Shown here: in pieces, positions 1-9,460 of the stretch
Layout of the letters: every line of letters starts with the position of its first letter
How positions within the stretch are numbered: the stretch's first letter is position 1
Assembly (NCBI GenBank): GCA_963668315.1
Contig: OY764216.1
Span: forward strand, 544,001-608,000
Reading direction: 5' to 3'
DNA: 64,000 nucleotides
From: Spirochaetia bacterium
Lineage (GTDB): Bacteria > Spirochaetota > Spirochaetia > DSM-2461
Made by a program: the position numbers and the translations under genes
Notes under the pieces: model-generated
The model's database searches: none
Seen by the model: the letters and a program-made list of their open reading frames with translations, nothing else
What the model was told of the DNA's origin: nothing

Positions 1-1
1 C

Positions 2-148
2 TTCCTTTTCACGCCGATCTTCCTGATTACCAGAAAGAGACACAGAAAGAAACCCATGAAAAACCTTCATGTCACCTTGGGATTTCTGGCTCTCCTCTCC
101 ATGGGAATCGCGCTCTATTCGGGCATGATTATGAAGGGGATTCTCTAG
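2..148 (+). CDS. C-terminal fragment of a membrane protein (possibly cytochrome b561-like)
   Basis: Open frame from window edge: FLFTPIFLITRKRHRKKPMKNLHVTLGFLALLSMGIALYSGMIMKGIL, TAG at 146-148; basic loop then a His-containing hydrophobic helix. Confidence 0.55.
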   Translation, partial: FLFTPIFLITRKRHRKKPMKNLHVTLGFLALLSMGIALYSGMIMKGIL

Positions 149-157
149 GCAGGGAGA

Positions 158-1144
158 TTAACCGCAGACCTTTTTTATCACCCTCAGCCAGTTGCCCCCC
201 ATGACCTGGGCCGTATCCTCATCGCTCCAACCGCTCTCAAGCAGATGATCGGCGATTTTGGGGAGTTCCACCGCCGATTCCATGCACACGCCGTAGGGCG
301 CGGTGAAGCCGTCAAAGTCCGATCCCAGTCCCACATGATTCGGACCGACGACGGAGAGCATATGATCAAGGTGTTCCATCAGCCTTTCGAAAGTCACCCT
401 TTTGGGATCGCCGTCCACGAAGACTCCGGGAAACATCAGTCCCACAAGCCCGCCGGTCCCGGCGATTTTCTCCAGCTGGGCATCGGTCAGATTCCGGGAC
501 CGTCCGTGAACCGTACGGGAATTGGAATGGCTCGCGACCAGGGGGAGTTCCGTCCTTTCAAGGGCGTCGGCCAGACTCTCGTCCGACATGTGGGACACAT
601 CCACAATCATGCCCAGCCGGCCCATTTCGTCGATAGCTCCTTTCCCGTATTCGGTCAGCCCCGTGGAACCCGGGGTGTCAAGACCGCGGCCGAAGGGGTT
701 AATCCGATTATAGGTCAGCCCGGCCATGCGGACTCCGCGGTCGTAGAAATACCCGATCCTCTCATAGGATTTCCCTTCGGGATCGGCTATGGCCTCTCCC
801 CCCTCGATGGATTTGAACAGGGCGATTTTACCCTCTTCCTTCGCTCTCTCTATATCCCCGGCGGTCAGCGCAGGAATCAGATCTGAATGGGAGGCGCACA
901 GCTCATCTATTTTCCGGGAGTATTCACAGGTCTTTTCAAAAGCCCTGTCGACCAGCTCATCACGGACATACATGGCCATCGTCTGACAGGTCACGCCCCC
1001 CTTCCTCAGTTTTTCCAGGTCCACATGGCCCCATCCCTCATCTCTGGTGAAGTCCCGGCTCGGACTACCCTTGCGGGTAAAACTCTCACCCACCAGGTCC
1101 AGAACCGTGTCGCAGTGACCGTCTATTATCAAATAATCTCTCAT
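158..1144 (-). CDS. Membrane dipeptidase family (peptidase M19)
   Basis: IDGHCDT, SIEGGE, IVDVSH, ASHSN and GLGSDFDG motifs typical of M19 dipeptidases. Confidence 0.92.
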   Translation of the reverse strand: MRDYLIIDGHCDTVLDLVGESFTRKGSPSRDFTRDEGWGHVDLEKLRKGGVTCQTMAMYVRDELVDRAFEKTCEYSRKIDELCASHSDLIPALTAGDIERAKEEGKIALFKSIEGGEAIADPEGKSYERIGYFYDRGVRMAGLTYNRINPFGRGLDTPGSTGLTEYGKGAIDEMGRLGMIVDVSHMSDESLADALERTELPLVASHSNSRTVHGRSRNLTDAQLEKIAGTGGLVGLMFPGVFVDGDPKRVTFERLMEHLDHMLSVVGPNHVGLGSDFDGFTAPYGVCMESAVELPKIADHLLESGWSDEDTAQVMGGNWLRVIKKVCG

Positions 1145-2340
1145 AATTCCTCTTTTAGTTCATCCAGGGCTGTCAGACTGATTCCCAGCTGCATCGCTAT
1201 TCCTATGGAAAGGCACTTTTCATTTAACACGAAACGGGATGAGTGAAGCGGCTCGAAGTCCCCTCCCCCGTCGGGCCCGCATCCCAGATGATAGAAACAG
1301 CCCGGCCGTTCCAGCAGAAAGAAGGAAAAATCCTCCACTCCCAGGCTGGGCTTTTCCTTCCAGTTTATGTTCTCCTTGCCCAGAAGGGCCTCTCCCACCC
1401 GAACGGTGAGATCCACGCTCTTCTCTTCATTAATCAGGGCGACGTAGCCGTAGCGGTATTCCACGATTCCCTCTCCCCCGTGAGCCCGGGCGGTATTCTC
1501 CACGAGAGACCTGATACGCTCCAGAATACGGTCGCGCTGACCGTTATCCGTGGTGCGGATCGTTCCCTTCATTCTCACCTCGTCGGCGATAATGTTCCCG
1601 GCCTGGCCTCCCTGAATGGTACCGATGCTGACAACGGCCGAGTCCAGGGGGGAGACGGTACGGCTGACAATACTCTGCAGGGCGGTAATGACATGTCCGG
1701 CGATCATTATGGCGTCGGTACCCGATTCGGGATAAGCCCCGTGGCCCCCTTTTCCCTTCACTTTGATCTCGATCGTAGTGCTGGAACCGTTCAGGGCGCC
1801 CTTCTTCAGCTCGATCTGCCCCGGAGGCATATAGGGCATGACATGAAGGCCGAAGACCCGATCGACCCGGGGATTCTCCAGAACCCCCTGCCTGACCATA
1901 GGCTCCGCGCCTCCGTCGGCTTCCTCGGCCGGCTGAAAAAGCAGCTTCACCGAACCGGCGAAACGGTCGCGGTGAAGGGAAAGCCAGCGGGCCGTGCCCA
2001 GCAGGATGGCCGTATGGCCGTCATGGCCGCAGGCATGCATCTTCCCCGGTTCCCCTGAGCGGAAGGACAGACCGGTCTCCTCCTCGAGGGGGAGGGCATC
2101 GATATCGGCACGGAGTCCCACGCAGCCGCCCGGCGCGTCTCCTTCGACTAGCCCCACCACGGCGGTATCGTGACGCTGCCAGGAGATACCCCACTCGTCC
2201 AGCTTTTTCGTGATAAGCGAAGCGGTTGTCTCCTCTTCCCATCCCAGCTCGGGGCAGCGGTGGAGCTGTCTCCTCAAATCTATGATTTCTTCAAGAAAGG
2301 GGGCAATCTCCCCCTTCAGAAGGGTCAAATCTCTTTCCAT
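1141..2340 (-). CDS. M20D family amidohydrolase
   Basis: LHRCPELGWEE, LRADIDALP, MHACGHDGH, FQPAEE, GGHGA, EDFSFF and LHS motifs. Confidence 0.93.
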   Translation of the reverse strand: MERDLTLLKGEIAPFLEEIIDLRRQLHRCPELGWEEETTASLITKKLDEWGISWQRHDTAVVGLVEGDAPGGCVGLRADIDALPLEEETGLSFRSGEPGKMHACGHDGHTAILLGTARWLSLHRDRFAGSVKLLFQPAEEADGGAEPMVRQGVLENPRVDRVFGLHVMPYMPPGQIELKKGALNGSSTTIEIKVKGKGGHGAYPESGTDAIMIAGHVITALQSIVSRTVSPLDSAVVSIGTIQGGQAGNIIADEVRMKGTIRTTDNGQRDRILERIRSLVENTARAHGGEGIVEYRYGYVALINEEKSVDLTVRVGEALLGKENINWKEKPSLGVEDFSFFLLERPGCFYHLGCGPDGGGDFEPLHSSRFVLNEKCLSIGIAMQLGISLTALDELKEEL

Positions 2341-2348
2341 ACTATCCT

Positions 2349-3518
2349 TTATATCTCCCGGAAGGAGGGTTCATCAAGATAGGCCAGCTCGGAAACGGCC
2401 TTTCCCTTCTTCCAATAGCGCCGGAGGACGCGTCTTCCCAGCCGGGCCAGCACTTCGTTCCTGTTGGTCGAAGCTCCTTCGGCCAGTTCCAGAATTCCTA
2501 TGGTATCCCCCAGAAGCTCCACTTCGTCTCCCCGCTTCACCGATGGTACGGCCGAAGCGTCCACCACCATCTGGTCCATACATATTAAACCGATTACAGG
2601 ACAGATAACACCCCCGATGCAGACCTTTCCCTTCTGAGAAAGGGATCGGGGATAGCCGTCACTGTAACCCACCGGAACGGTGGCCGCCAGGGCGCCTCCC
2701 GCCGGAGCCCGCCAGGAGTAGTCATAACTGACACCCTCGCCCTCCTCAAGGCGGGTCACATGAATGATACGGGAAGTCCACCGGGCGGGAAACTCCAGGG
2801 GCATATCGTCGGCCAGGGGCGCCCGGAAGGGCTTCATTCCGTAGAGAATCGCCCCGGGGCGGACCATATCCAGATGATACTGGGGATAGCGGACTGTTCC
2901 GATACTGTCGCAGATATGTTTTATCCCCGTAGAGATACCCCTTTGCTCCAGTTTGTTGCAGAACTGGGTAAAACGGTGGAACTGCCTGGCGTCCTCGACC
3001 CCGTCAGCCAGAGCCAGATGGCTGAAGGTTCCCTGAATGGACAGATGGGGAAGGCGGCTTATGCTCTCATAAATCTCCAGCGATTCGGGCTCGGAAGCTT
3101 TCAGCCCCAGGCGGGAAAAGCCCGTATCGATCTTGATATGCACCCGGGCCGTCAGATCTCTTTCCACGGCGAGGCGGGACAGCAGGTCGGCCTGGGCAAA
3201 ACTGTCCAGGGTAACGACAAAGCCTTCTTCGAGGGCGACTTCCAGCTCCCCGTCGGCACAGAGTCCCATGATAAATAGGGGGACCGGACTTTCGCCGCCC
3301 AGGGATCTTTTAATCTCCCGGGCTTCCTGGCATCTCGCCACTCCTATGACATCGGCGCCCCCTGAGATCATGGCCCCGGCGACACCGGGGACTCCCAGTC
3401 CGTAGGCATCGGATTTCATCACGGCGCACACCTTCGTGTTCCCGCCCAGAAAATCCTTTATCAGACGGAGATTTTTCTCAATACTGTCGAGGGATACATC
3501 CAACACGCTGGAATACAT
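2349..3518 (-). CDS. alr: Alanine racemase family PLP enzyme
   Basis: AVMKSDAYG (PLP lysine), HIKIDTGFSRLG, FSHLA, VRPGAILYG, VSY, VGYSDG and GLICMDQ motifs. Confidence 0.88.
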   Translation of the reverse strand: MYSSVLDVSLDSIEKNLRLIKDFLGGNTKVCAVMKSDAYGLGVPGVAGAMISGGADVIGVARCQEAREIKRSLGGESPVPLFIMGLCADGELEVALEEGFVVTLDSFAQADLLSRLAVERDLTARVHIKIDTGFSRLGLKASEPESLEIYESISRLPHLSIQGTFSHLALADGVEDARQFHRFTQFCNKLEQRGISTGIKHICDSIGTVRYPQYHLDMVRPGAILYGMKPFRAPLADDMPLEFPARWTSRIIHVTRLEEGEGVSYDYSWRAPAGGALAATVPVGYSDGYPRSLSQKGKVCIGGVICPVIGLICMDQMVVDASAVPSVKRGDEVELLGDTIGILELAEGASTNRNEVLARLGRRVLRRYWKKGKAVSELAYLDEPSFREI

Positions 3519-3704
3519 TTTTCCTTCCTTTTTTCTACATAATTGTAAATACTTATAATATTACAATATTAACCCTACATTCCTGTATATTTATTTGAAT
3601 AACAGCAAAAAAAACCTGTATTTATTCACATTACGTACTTTCATAAATACAAGACTTATGAAATATTAATAATACCCTATCACACAACAAAGGGAGAGTG
3701 AAGA

Positions 3705-3836
3705 ATGAACGAACCGATTCCATCATTTCTGATCCTTATGAAATCTGCTGCTTTACCCGCAGCGGACGGATTAGCGACCGCCGCACCTCAAGAATATAAA
3801 ACTTTACCTCTTACAAGTATACACCATGAGTCTTAA
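3705..3836 (+). CDS. Possible 43-aa leader ORF overlapping the permease start
   Basis: ATG at 3705 after GGGAGAG; MNEPIPSFLILMKSAALPAADGLATAAPQEYKTLPLTSIHHES, stop overlaps the 3826 start, which has no SD of its own. Confidence 0.3.
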   Translation: MNEPIPSFLILMKSAALPAADGLATAAPQEYKTLPLTSIHHES

Positions 3837-4797
3837 GTATCTGCTGAATCGAATCGGTTATACGGTTGTCATGTTCATTTTCATCATAGCCGTCAATTTC
3901 TTTATCTTCCGGCTTATGCCGGGTAATCCCCTGGCCCAGCAGGCAAAGGAATCTTACGGCAGCGAAGAGACTCTTAAGAAACTGGAAGCTCTCTATGGTC
4001 TGGACAAGCCTATGTATAGTCAGTTTCTTAATTACGCAAAGGATATGCTTACCCTGAATTTCGGGCGGTCCTATCACTATAAAAAACCTGTCAAAGACAT
4101 CTTGGGCCCCAGGATTCTCAACTCCCTCAAGCTGGCGGTCATCGCCGTACCGCTCGGAATATTCGGCGGAATTGCCGGGGGTATCTGGACGGCGTCCAGA
4201 CGGGGGAAAAAAGAGGATATCGGATTTACGACGCTGACGATGTTCATCTATGCCATTCCCAGCTTCTGGCTCGGCATGATCCTCCTGTTTATTTTCGGGA
4301 AGCAGCTGGGCTGGGTTCCTTTCGCGGGAATACAGAGCCCGGGGATTACATACCATAGCTTTATAGAAGAATTTTCCGATTTATTCGTCCATATTATCAC
4401 TCCGATCATAACCTATTCCCTGGCGATATACGGCAGCTACCTCCTGATTATGAGGGGCAGCATGATCGATGTTTATACCGAAGATTACATTCTCACAGCC
4501 CGGGCAAAGGGGCTTTCCAAAAAACAGGTGACGAGAAGGCACGCCGTTCCCAACGCCATGCTTCCCATAGTGACCATCGTCGTCATAGCCCTCGCGACAC
4601 TGTTCGCCGGAGCTTTCTCGATAGAGATCCTGTTCTCCTGGCCCGGGATGGGGCGGCTGATGGTGGACTCGGTAAACCGGCAGGATTATCCCGTGATGCA
4701 GGCCATCAACTTCGTCATTGCCGCGGCGACGGTCATAGCCAATCTTCTGGTGGACATTCTTTATCAATACATCGATCCGAGGGTCAGGTACGAATAA
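3826..4797 (+). CDS. Oligopeptide/dipeptide ABC transporter permease (OppB/DppB-like)
   Basis: MPGNP, GLDKP, IPSFWLG, EAA loop DYILTARAKGLS, RHAVPNA, FSWPGMG, DPRV. Confidence 0.93.
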   Translation: MSLKYLLNRIGYTVVMFIFIIAVNFFIFRLMPGNPLAQQAKESYGSEETLKKLEALYGLDKPMYSQFLNYAKDMLTLNFGRSYHYKKPVKDILGPRILNSLKLAVIAVPLGIFGGIAGGIWTASRRGKKEDIGFTTLTMFIYAIPSFWLGMILLFIFGKQLGWVPFAGIQSPGITYHSFIEEFSDLFVHIITPIITYSLAIYGSYLLIMRGSMIDVYTEDYILTARAKGLSKKQVTRRHAVPNAMLPIVTIVVIALATLFAGAFSIEILFSWPGMGRLMVDSVNRQDYPVMQAINFVIAAATVIANLLVDILYQYIDPRVRYE

Positions 4798-5690
4798 TGG
4801 AAAAAATAGCAGATATCAAGAAAAGGGAGCGGGAAATCAGGAGGATGAAAAGGGAGAACAACATCCGTTTATTCCTTTCGAACAAAAGGGCCGTCTTCGG
4901 CCTGCTGCTCTTCCTGATTTTCCTCATCATGGCTGTTTTCGCGCCGGTGTTCTATCATTATAATCACAGTGAATATTTTCTGGGCCCCCGGGTGGGAGCC
5001 CCCGAGGAAGGATTCGCCTTCGGTTTTGATGAAATGGGCCGCGATGTATTCGGAGCCGTTCTCTACGGAACCCGAGCCTCGATAGCCATCGGTATTCTGG
5101 TTACCCTGATCATTGTTATTATAGGTGCCACGGTGGGAATTCTCTCCGGATACTACGGGGGGATTCTCGATGTCATCCTCATGAGAATAACCGAAGGATT
5201 CATGCTGCTTCCGAGCCTTCCGCTCATGCTTATCCTGGCCGCCATTCTGGGAGGGAAATTCTCAAATATCATCATCATCCTCGGCATCACGGGATGGACA
5301 AGCACGGCCAGACTGGTCAGATCTCAGACGCTGACCATAAAACAGAGGGCCTATGTGGAACGGGCGAAAGCCATCGGGGCCTCCGATTTCTACATCATGT
5401 ACAAACACATCCTGCCCAACATCTTCACGCTGATTTTTTCCAACATGATTCTTCTGGTTCAGGGAGCCATCATCACCGAATCGACCCTGGCCTTCCTGGG
5501 AATCGGCGACCCCAGCATCCCCACCTGGGGCCAGCTGCTCAGAAGCGCCCGTATTGAAGGGGCCATTTCCATCGGAGCCTGGTGGCTGTATATTCCCGCA
5601 GGAACATGCCTTGTCCTTCTCGGGACATCCTTTGTTTTCATGGGATACGGCTTTGATGAGATTCTCAATCCAAAACTGAGGAAAAGATAG
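4797..5690 (+). CDS. Oligopeptide/dipeptide ABC transporter permease (OppC/DppC-like)
   Basis: GFDEMGRD, GYYGG, YVERAKAIGAS, HILPN, LAFLGIG, WG and WW motifs. Confidence 0.93.
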   Translation: MEKIADIKKREREIRRMKRENNIRLFLSNKRAVFGLLLFLIFLIMAVFAPVFYHYNHSEYFLGPRVGAPEEGFAFGFDEMGRDVFGAVLYGTRASIAIGILVTLIIVIIGATVGILSGYYGGILDVILMRITEGFMLLPSLPLMLILAAILGGKFSNIIIILGITGWTSTARLVRSQTLTIKQRAYVERAKAIGASDFYIMYKHILPNIFTLIFSNMILLVQGAIITESTLAFLGIGDPSIPTWGQLLRSARIEGAISIGAWWLYIPAGTCLVLLGTSFVFMGYGFDEILNPKLRKR

Positions 5691-5694
5691 ATAC

Positions 5695-6678
5695 ATGTCG
5701 GATAAACTAAAACAGATACTCAGCGTAAAAAATCTGAAAACCTATTTCACAATCAAAGCCGGAGAAGTCAAAGCCGTTGATGATGTCTCCTTTGACCTTG
5801 AGGAAGGAGGCTCCATCGGACTGGTCGGAGAAAGCGGCTGCGGAAAAACCACCACGGCCCTTTCCGTTATCAAACTGCTTCCCGAGGAAGGCCGCATCGC
5901 CGGGGGAGATATTATCTATAAAGGGGAAAACCTGGCTCCCAAGGACGAGGAGGACATTAATCACATCCGCTGGAAAGAGATCTCCATGATTTTCCAGGGT
6001 GCCATGAACGCGCTCAACCCGGTAAAAAAAATCAGCGAGCAGATAATGGAGCCCATACTTCTCCATGAAGATGTGACCAGGGAGGAAGCCCGAAAAAGAA
6101 CAATGGAGCTTTTCGAGCTGGTCGAACTTGATAAAAATCTCATTGATTCCTACCCCCATGAATTCTCCGGGGGCATGAGGCAGAGAGCCGTCATCGCCAT
6201 GGCCCTTGCCAATAATCCCAGCCTGATCATCGCCGACGAACCTACCACCGCTCTGGATGTAATGGTCCAGGCGCAGATAATCGATCTGATCAACTCGCTG
6301 AGAAAAAAACTTAACATGAGCCTTATCATGATCACCCATGACCTTTCCATCATCGCCGAAACCTGCGATGAGATTGCCGTGATGTATGCCGGGAAAATCG
6401 TGGAGAAAGGCAAAACCGAAGAGATTATCAAAACGTTCTATCATCCCTATACGGACAAGCTGCTTCATGCCTTTCCCAACATCTACAAGGAACGGATCAT
6501 GGTTGATTCCATTCCCGGCGATCCGCCGCTCCTGTTCAATCCGCCTAAAGGCTGCCGGTTCGCCGAACGCTGCCACTGCAAAATCGGCAAAATATGCGAT
6601 GAGAAAGATCCGCCCCTAATTGATATCACCGGAGAGGGCCATTTCGTGGCCTGCCATGCAAGGGGGGTACGGAATTGA
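5695..6678 (+). CDS. Peptide ABC transporter ATP-binding protein (OppD/DppD-like)
   Basis: Walker [36 protein letters not shown]-terminal GCRF...C...VACH. Confidence 0.95.
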   Translation: MSDKLKQILSVKNLKTYFTIKAGEVKAVDDVSFDLEEGGSIGLVGESGCGKTTTALSVIKLLPEEGRIAGGDIIYKGENLAPKDEEDINHIRWKEISMIFQGAMNALNPVKKISEQIMEPILLHEDVTREEARKRTMELFELVELDKNLIDSYPHEFSGGMRQRAVIAMALANNPSLIIADEPTTALDVMVQAQIIDLINSLRKKLNMSLIMITHDLSIIAETCDEIAVMYAGKIVEKGKTEEIIKTFYHPYTDKLLHAFPNIYKERIMVDSIPGDPPLLFNPPKGCRFAERCHCKIGKICDEKDPPLIDITGEGHFVACHARGVRN

Positions 6679-7673
6679 GCAAACCCATAATTCAGGCAAA
6701 TAATCTTTCCGTCGACTTCAAAGTCAGGCAGGGTTTCGTGGACGAGGTTATCAAAAGAAAAACGAAGACCGTTAAAGCCGTTGATAATATAAACATTACC
6801 GTAAATGAAGGGGAAATCGTATCCCTGGTTGGAGAATCGGGCAGCGGAAAAACGACGACGGGCCGGGCGCTGCTCCAGCTCCTACAGAATGAAACTTCGG
6901 GAGAGGTCCTTTACAAAGGGCTGGAAATAAACCCGAAGGACAGATTTTTCATGAAGAGCTTCCGAAAGGATGCCCAAATGATTTTTCAGGATCCCTATCA
7001 GTCCCTAAACCCCAAGTTCACCGTCTTCGAGATTGTTACCGAACCGCTCCTGCTGACCCATCGTTCGGCCAATCTGGCGGAGAAGGAAAAACTGGCCCTC
7101 GAAGCCCTGGAATTCGCCGGACTCCGTCCCGCGGAAGAGTACCTCTACCGTTATCCCCATGAACTGAGCGGGGGTCAAAGGCAGAGGGTGTCCATAGCAA
7201 CCTGCTTTATCATGAAGCTCAAGTTCATCGTAGCCGACGAGCCGGTATCCATGCTGGACGCTTCGGTCAGAGCCGATATCCTCAAGCTCTTTGTCGCCAT
7301 GAAGGAAAGGGACAATACCTCCTTTATCTTCATTACCCACGACCTGGCCCTTGCCTGGCTGATCTCGGACAAAGTGGCTATCATGTACCTTGGTAAAATC
7401 GTGGAAATGGGTCCGGCCGATATGATTTCCGGAGGCTGCATCCATCCCTACGCCCAGGCCCTCACAAGCGTTCTGGCCATGGTCGGTGAGGAACGGAAAA
7501 GGAAACGAATTGTCCTGGAAGGAGAAACTCCTTCACCTACCAATATTCCCCGGGGGTGCCGGTTTCATACTCGATGCCCCATCGCAACGGATAAATGCCG
7601 GGAGAGTGAGCCGGAGCTGAAAGAAGTCGATCCGGGACATTTCGTGGCGTGCCACTATAACAAAGTGATCTAG
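6675..7673 (+). CDS. Peptide ABC transporter ATP-binding protein (OppF/DppF-like)
   Basis: GESGSGKT, FQDPYQSLNP, YPHELSGGQRQR, ADEPVSMLD, GCRFHTRC; TTG start overlaps upstream stop. Confidence 0.95.
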   Translation: MSKPIIQANNLSVDFKVRQGFVDEVIKRKTKTVKAVDNINITVNEGEIVSLVGESGSGKTTTGRALLQLLQNETSGEVLYKGLEINPKDRFFMKSFRKDAQMIFQDPYQSLNPKFTVFEIVTEPLLLTHRSANLAEKEKLALEALEFAGLRPAEEYLYRYPHELSGGQRQRVSIATCFIMKLKFIVADEPVSMLDASVRADILKLFVAMKERDNTSFIFITHDLALAWLISDKVAIMYLGKIVEMGPADMISGGCIHPYAQALTSVLAMVGEERKRKRIVLEGETPSPTNIPRGCRFHTRCPIATDKCRESEPELKEVDPGHFVACHYNKVI

Positions 7674-7726
7674 AAGGGACCAGGGCCATCCCGATTCCTT
7701 TATAGAATATTTTCAAGGAGAGAAAT

Positions 7727-9388
7727 ATGAAGAGAAACGAAACACCGTTTGCAAAGTTCGTCCGCATCATTATGCTGGCAGCTGTCTTAATCGTCCCGCT
7801 CAGCGGTGCATGGAGTAATGGCTCCGGCGACAGGTATGCCAATGATACCGTCGTGTTCAGAGTAGGCAACACCGATACCACGGACTCTAAAAATCCGATC
7901 ATTTCCGGATGGAGAGCCGCAACCATACTGTACTACTCCAATACCTATGAAAAGCTTCTGGGTATCGGCGGGGATCTTTCCATGTCGCCCTGGCTTGCCG
8001 AAAGTTATGAAATCTCCGATGACGGACTCGTCTGGACATTCCACCTGAGAAAGGATGTCACATGGCAGGACGGTGTACCCTTCACCGCCGACGACGTCGT
8101 CTATACATACTCAAAGACCGCCGAATGGCAGTCCAACCAGGCGGGGAATCTGGTAGGCATCAAAGATTATGTGAAGGTTGATGATTATACGGTCCAGTTC
8201 GTTTGTGAAGCACCTAAGGCTGATATGGCCATGGCGATGATATTCATCGTTCCCGAGCATATTTTCTCCCAGTACGAGACCTACGAAGACATTCAGAACT
8301 TCACCAACGACGAATGTGTCGGGACCGGTCCTTTCAAGCTGGAAGAGGATGTGGAAGAACAGTATATCAAGTTCGTACGCAATGAGGACTACTGGGGAAA
8401 GAAACCCGCCATAGATGAGCTGATTTACGTTTATTTCAGCAATGCCGATACTGTCGCCCAGGCCTTTGAAGCCGGGGACATCGACTACTTCAGCGTCGGA
8501 GCCGCCCAGGTTGATCAGGTGAAAAACATGCCCCAGGCTGCCACAAACGAATACAAATCGGTTAAACTGCGCGAGATGGGATTCAACTGCTGGGACGATC
8601 CTAAATCAAAGGGTAATCCCCTTCTCCTCGACAAGACAATCCGCGTGGCCTGTGAATACGCTATCGATAAGGCCCGGATCGTGGAATACGCCAAGAACGG
8701 TTATGCCACGGTCGGCCAGATGCTGCTTCCCGATGCAACGGGTAAATGGCAGGCAAAGCTCCCCGAAGATCAGTATCATACCTATCAGCCCGAAGCAGCA
8801 AAGAAAATGCTCGACGACGCAGGCTATATCGACCGCGACGGCGACGGAGTCCGCGAAAGCGCTGACGGGGCAAAACTCTCCTTCCGCTTCACCGTTATTG
8901 AAGACGGATACAAAGAGATGGGCCTTATCATTCAGGAGAACCTGAAGGCCGTGGGAATCGAAACGGAGATTGAATTCGTAACGGGCAGCCGCCAGTCGGA
9001 CATCATCTATGATGAAGACTTCGATACGGATATGTATATCTGGGGATGGACCGCCGACTACGACGACCCCTCATATATGCTTTCCGTCATCACGACCGAT
9101 CAGATCCAGCATCGTTCAGACTGTTTCTACTCAAACCCCTACTATGACAGTCTGTTTGTCAAACAGGCCCTTACGATCGATCCCCAGGAGAGACTGGATA
9201 TTGTCCATGAAATGCAGATAATCGAGTATAACGATGCGCCCTACATCAACCTTCTCTATGAAGTATATGTGGAAGCCTACAACAAGGACAAATGGGAAGG
9301 ATTCGTCCAGTGGCCCGATGCGGGAGGATCGATTTTCTCATCCTTCAACGCGTCCAGCAAGCTGAACATTAAACCTAAAGCCGAATAA
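7727..9388 (+). CDS. Family 5 peptide ABC substrate-binding protein
   Basis: Signal peptide; PWLAESY, WQDGVPFTADDV, GTGPFK, RNEDYWG motifs; DRDGDG loop. Confidence 0.93.
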   Translation: MKRNETPFAKFVRIIMLAAVLIVPLSGAWSNGSGDRYANDTVVFRVGNTDTTDSKNPIISGWRAATILYYSNTYEKLLGIGGDLSMSPWLAESYEISDDGLVWTFHLRKDVTWQDGVPFTADDVVYTYSKTAEWQSNQAGNLVGIKDYVKVDDYTVQFVCEAPKADMAMAMIFIVPEHIFSQYETYEDIQNFTNDECVGTGPFKLEEDVEEQYIKFVRNEDYWGKKPAIDELIYVYFSNADTVAQAFEAGDIDYFSVGAAQVDQVKNMPQAATNEYKSVKLREMGFNCWDDPKSKGNPLLLDKTIRVACEYAIDKARIVEYAKNGYATVGQMLLPDATGKWQAKLPEDQYHTYQPEAAKKMLDDAGYIDRDGDGVRESADGAKLSFRFTVIEDGYKEMGLIIQENLKAVGIETEIEFVTGSRQSDIIYDEDFDTDMYIWGWTADYDDPSYMLSVITTDQIQHRSDCFYSNPYYDSLFVKQALTIDPQERLDIVHEMQIIEYNDAPYINLLYEVYVEAYNKDKWEGFVQWPDAGGSIFSSFNASSKLNIKPKAE

Positions 9389-9392
9389 GTCC

Positions 9393-9426
9393 ACAAAGGC
9401 CGCCTCATACAACAGGCGGCCTTTGT
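9393..9426 (+). terminator. Stem-loop / intrinsic terminator after the binding-protein gene
   Basis: 13-bp perfect stem acaaaggccgcct / aggcggcctttgt with 8-nt loop directly after the stop. Confidence 0.7.
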
Positions 9427-9460
9427 TATCGCAGAATCCCCTCACCAAGGAGTCAAGTCC

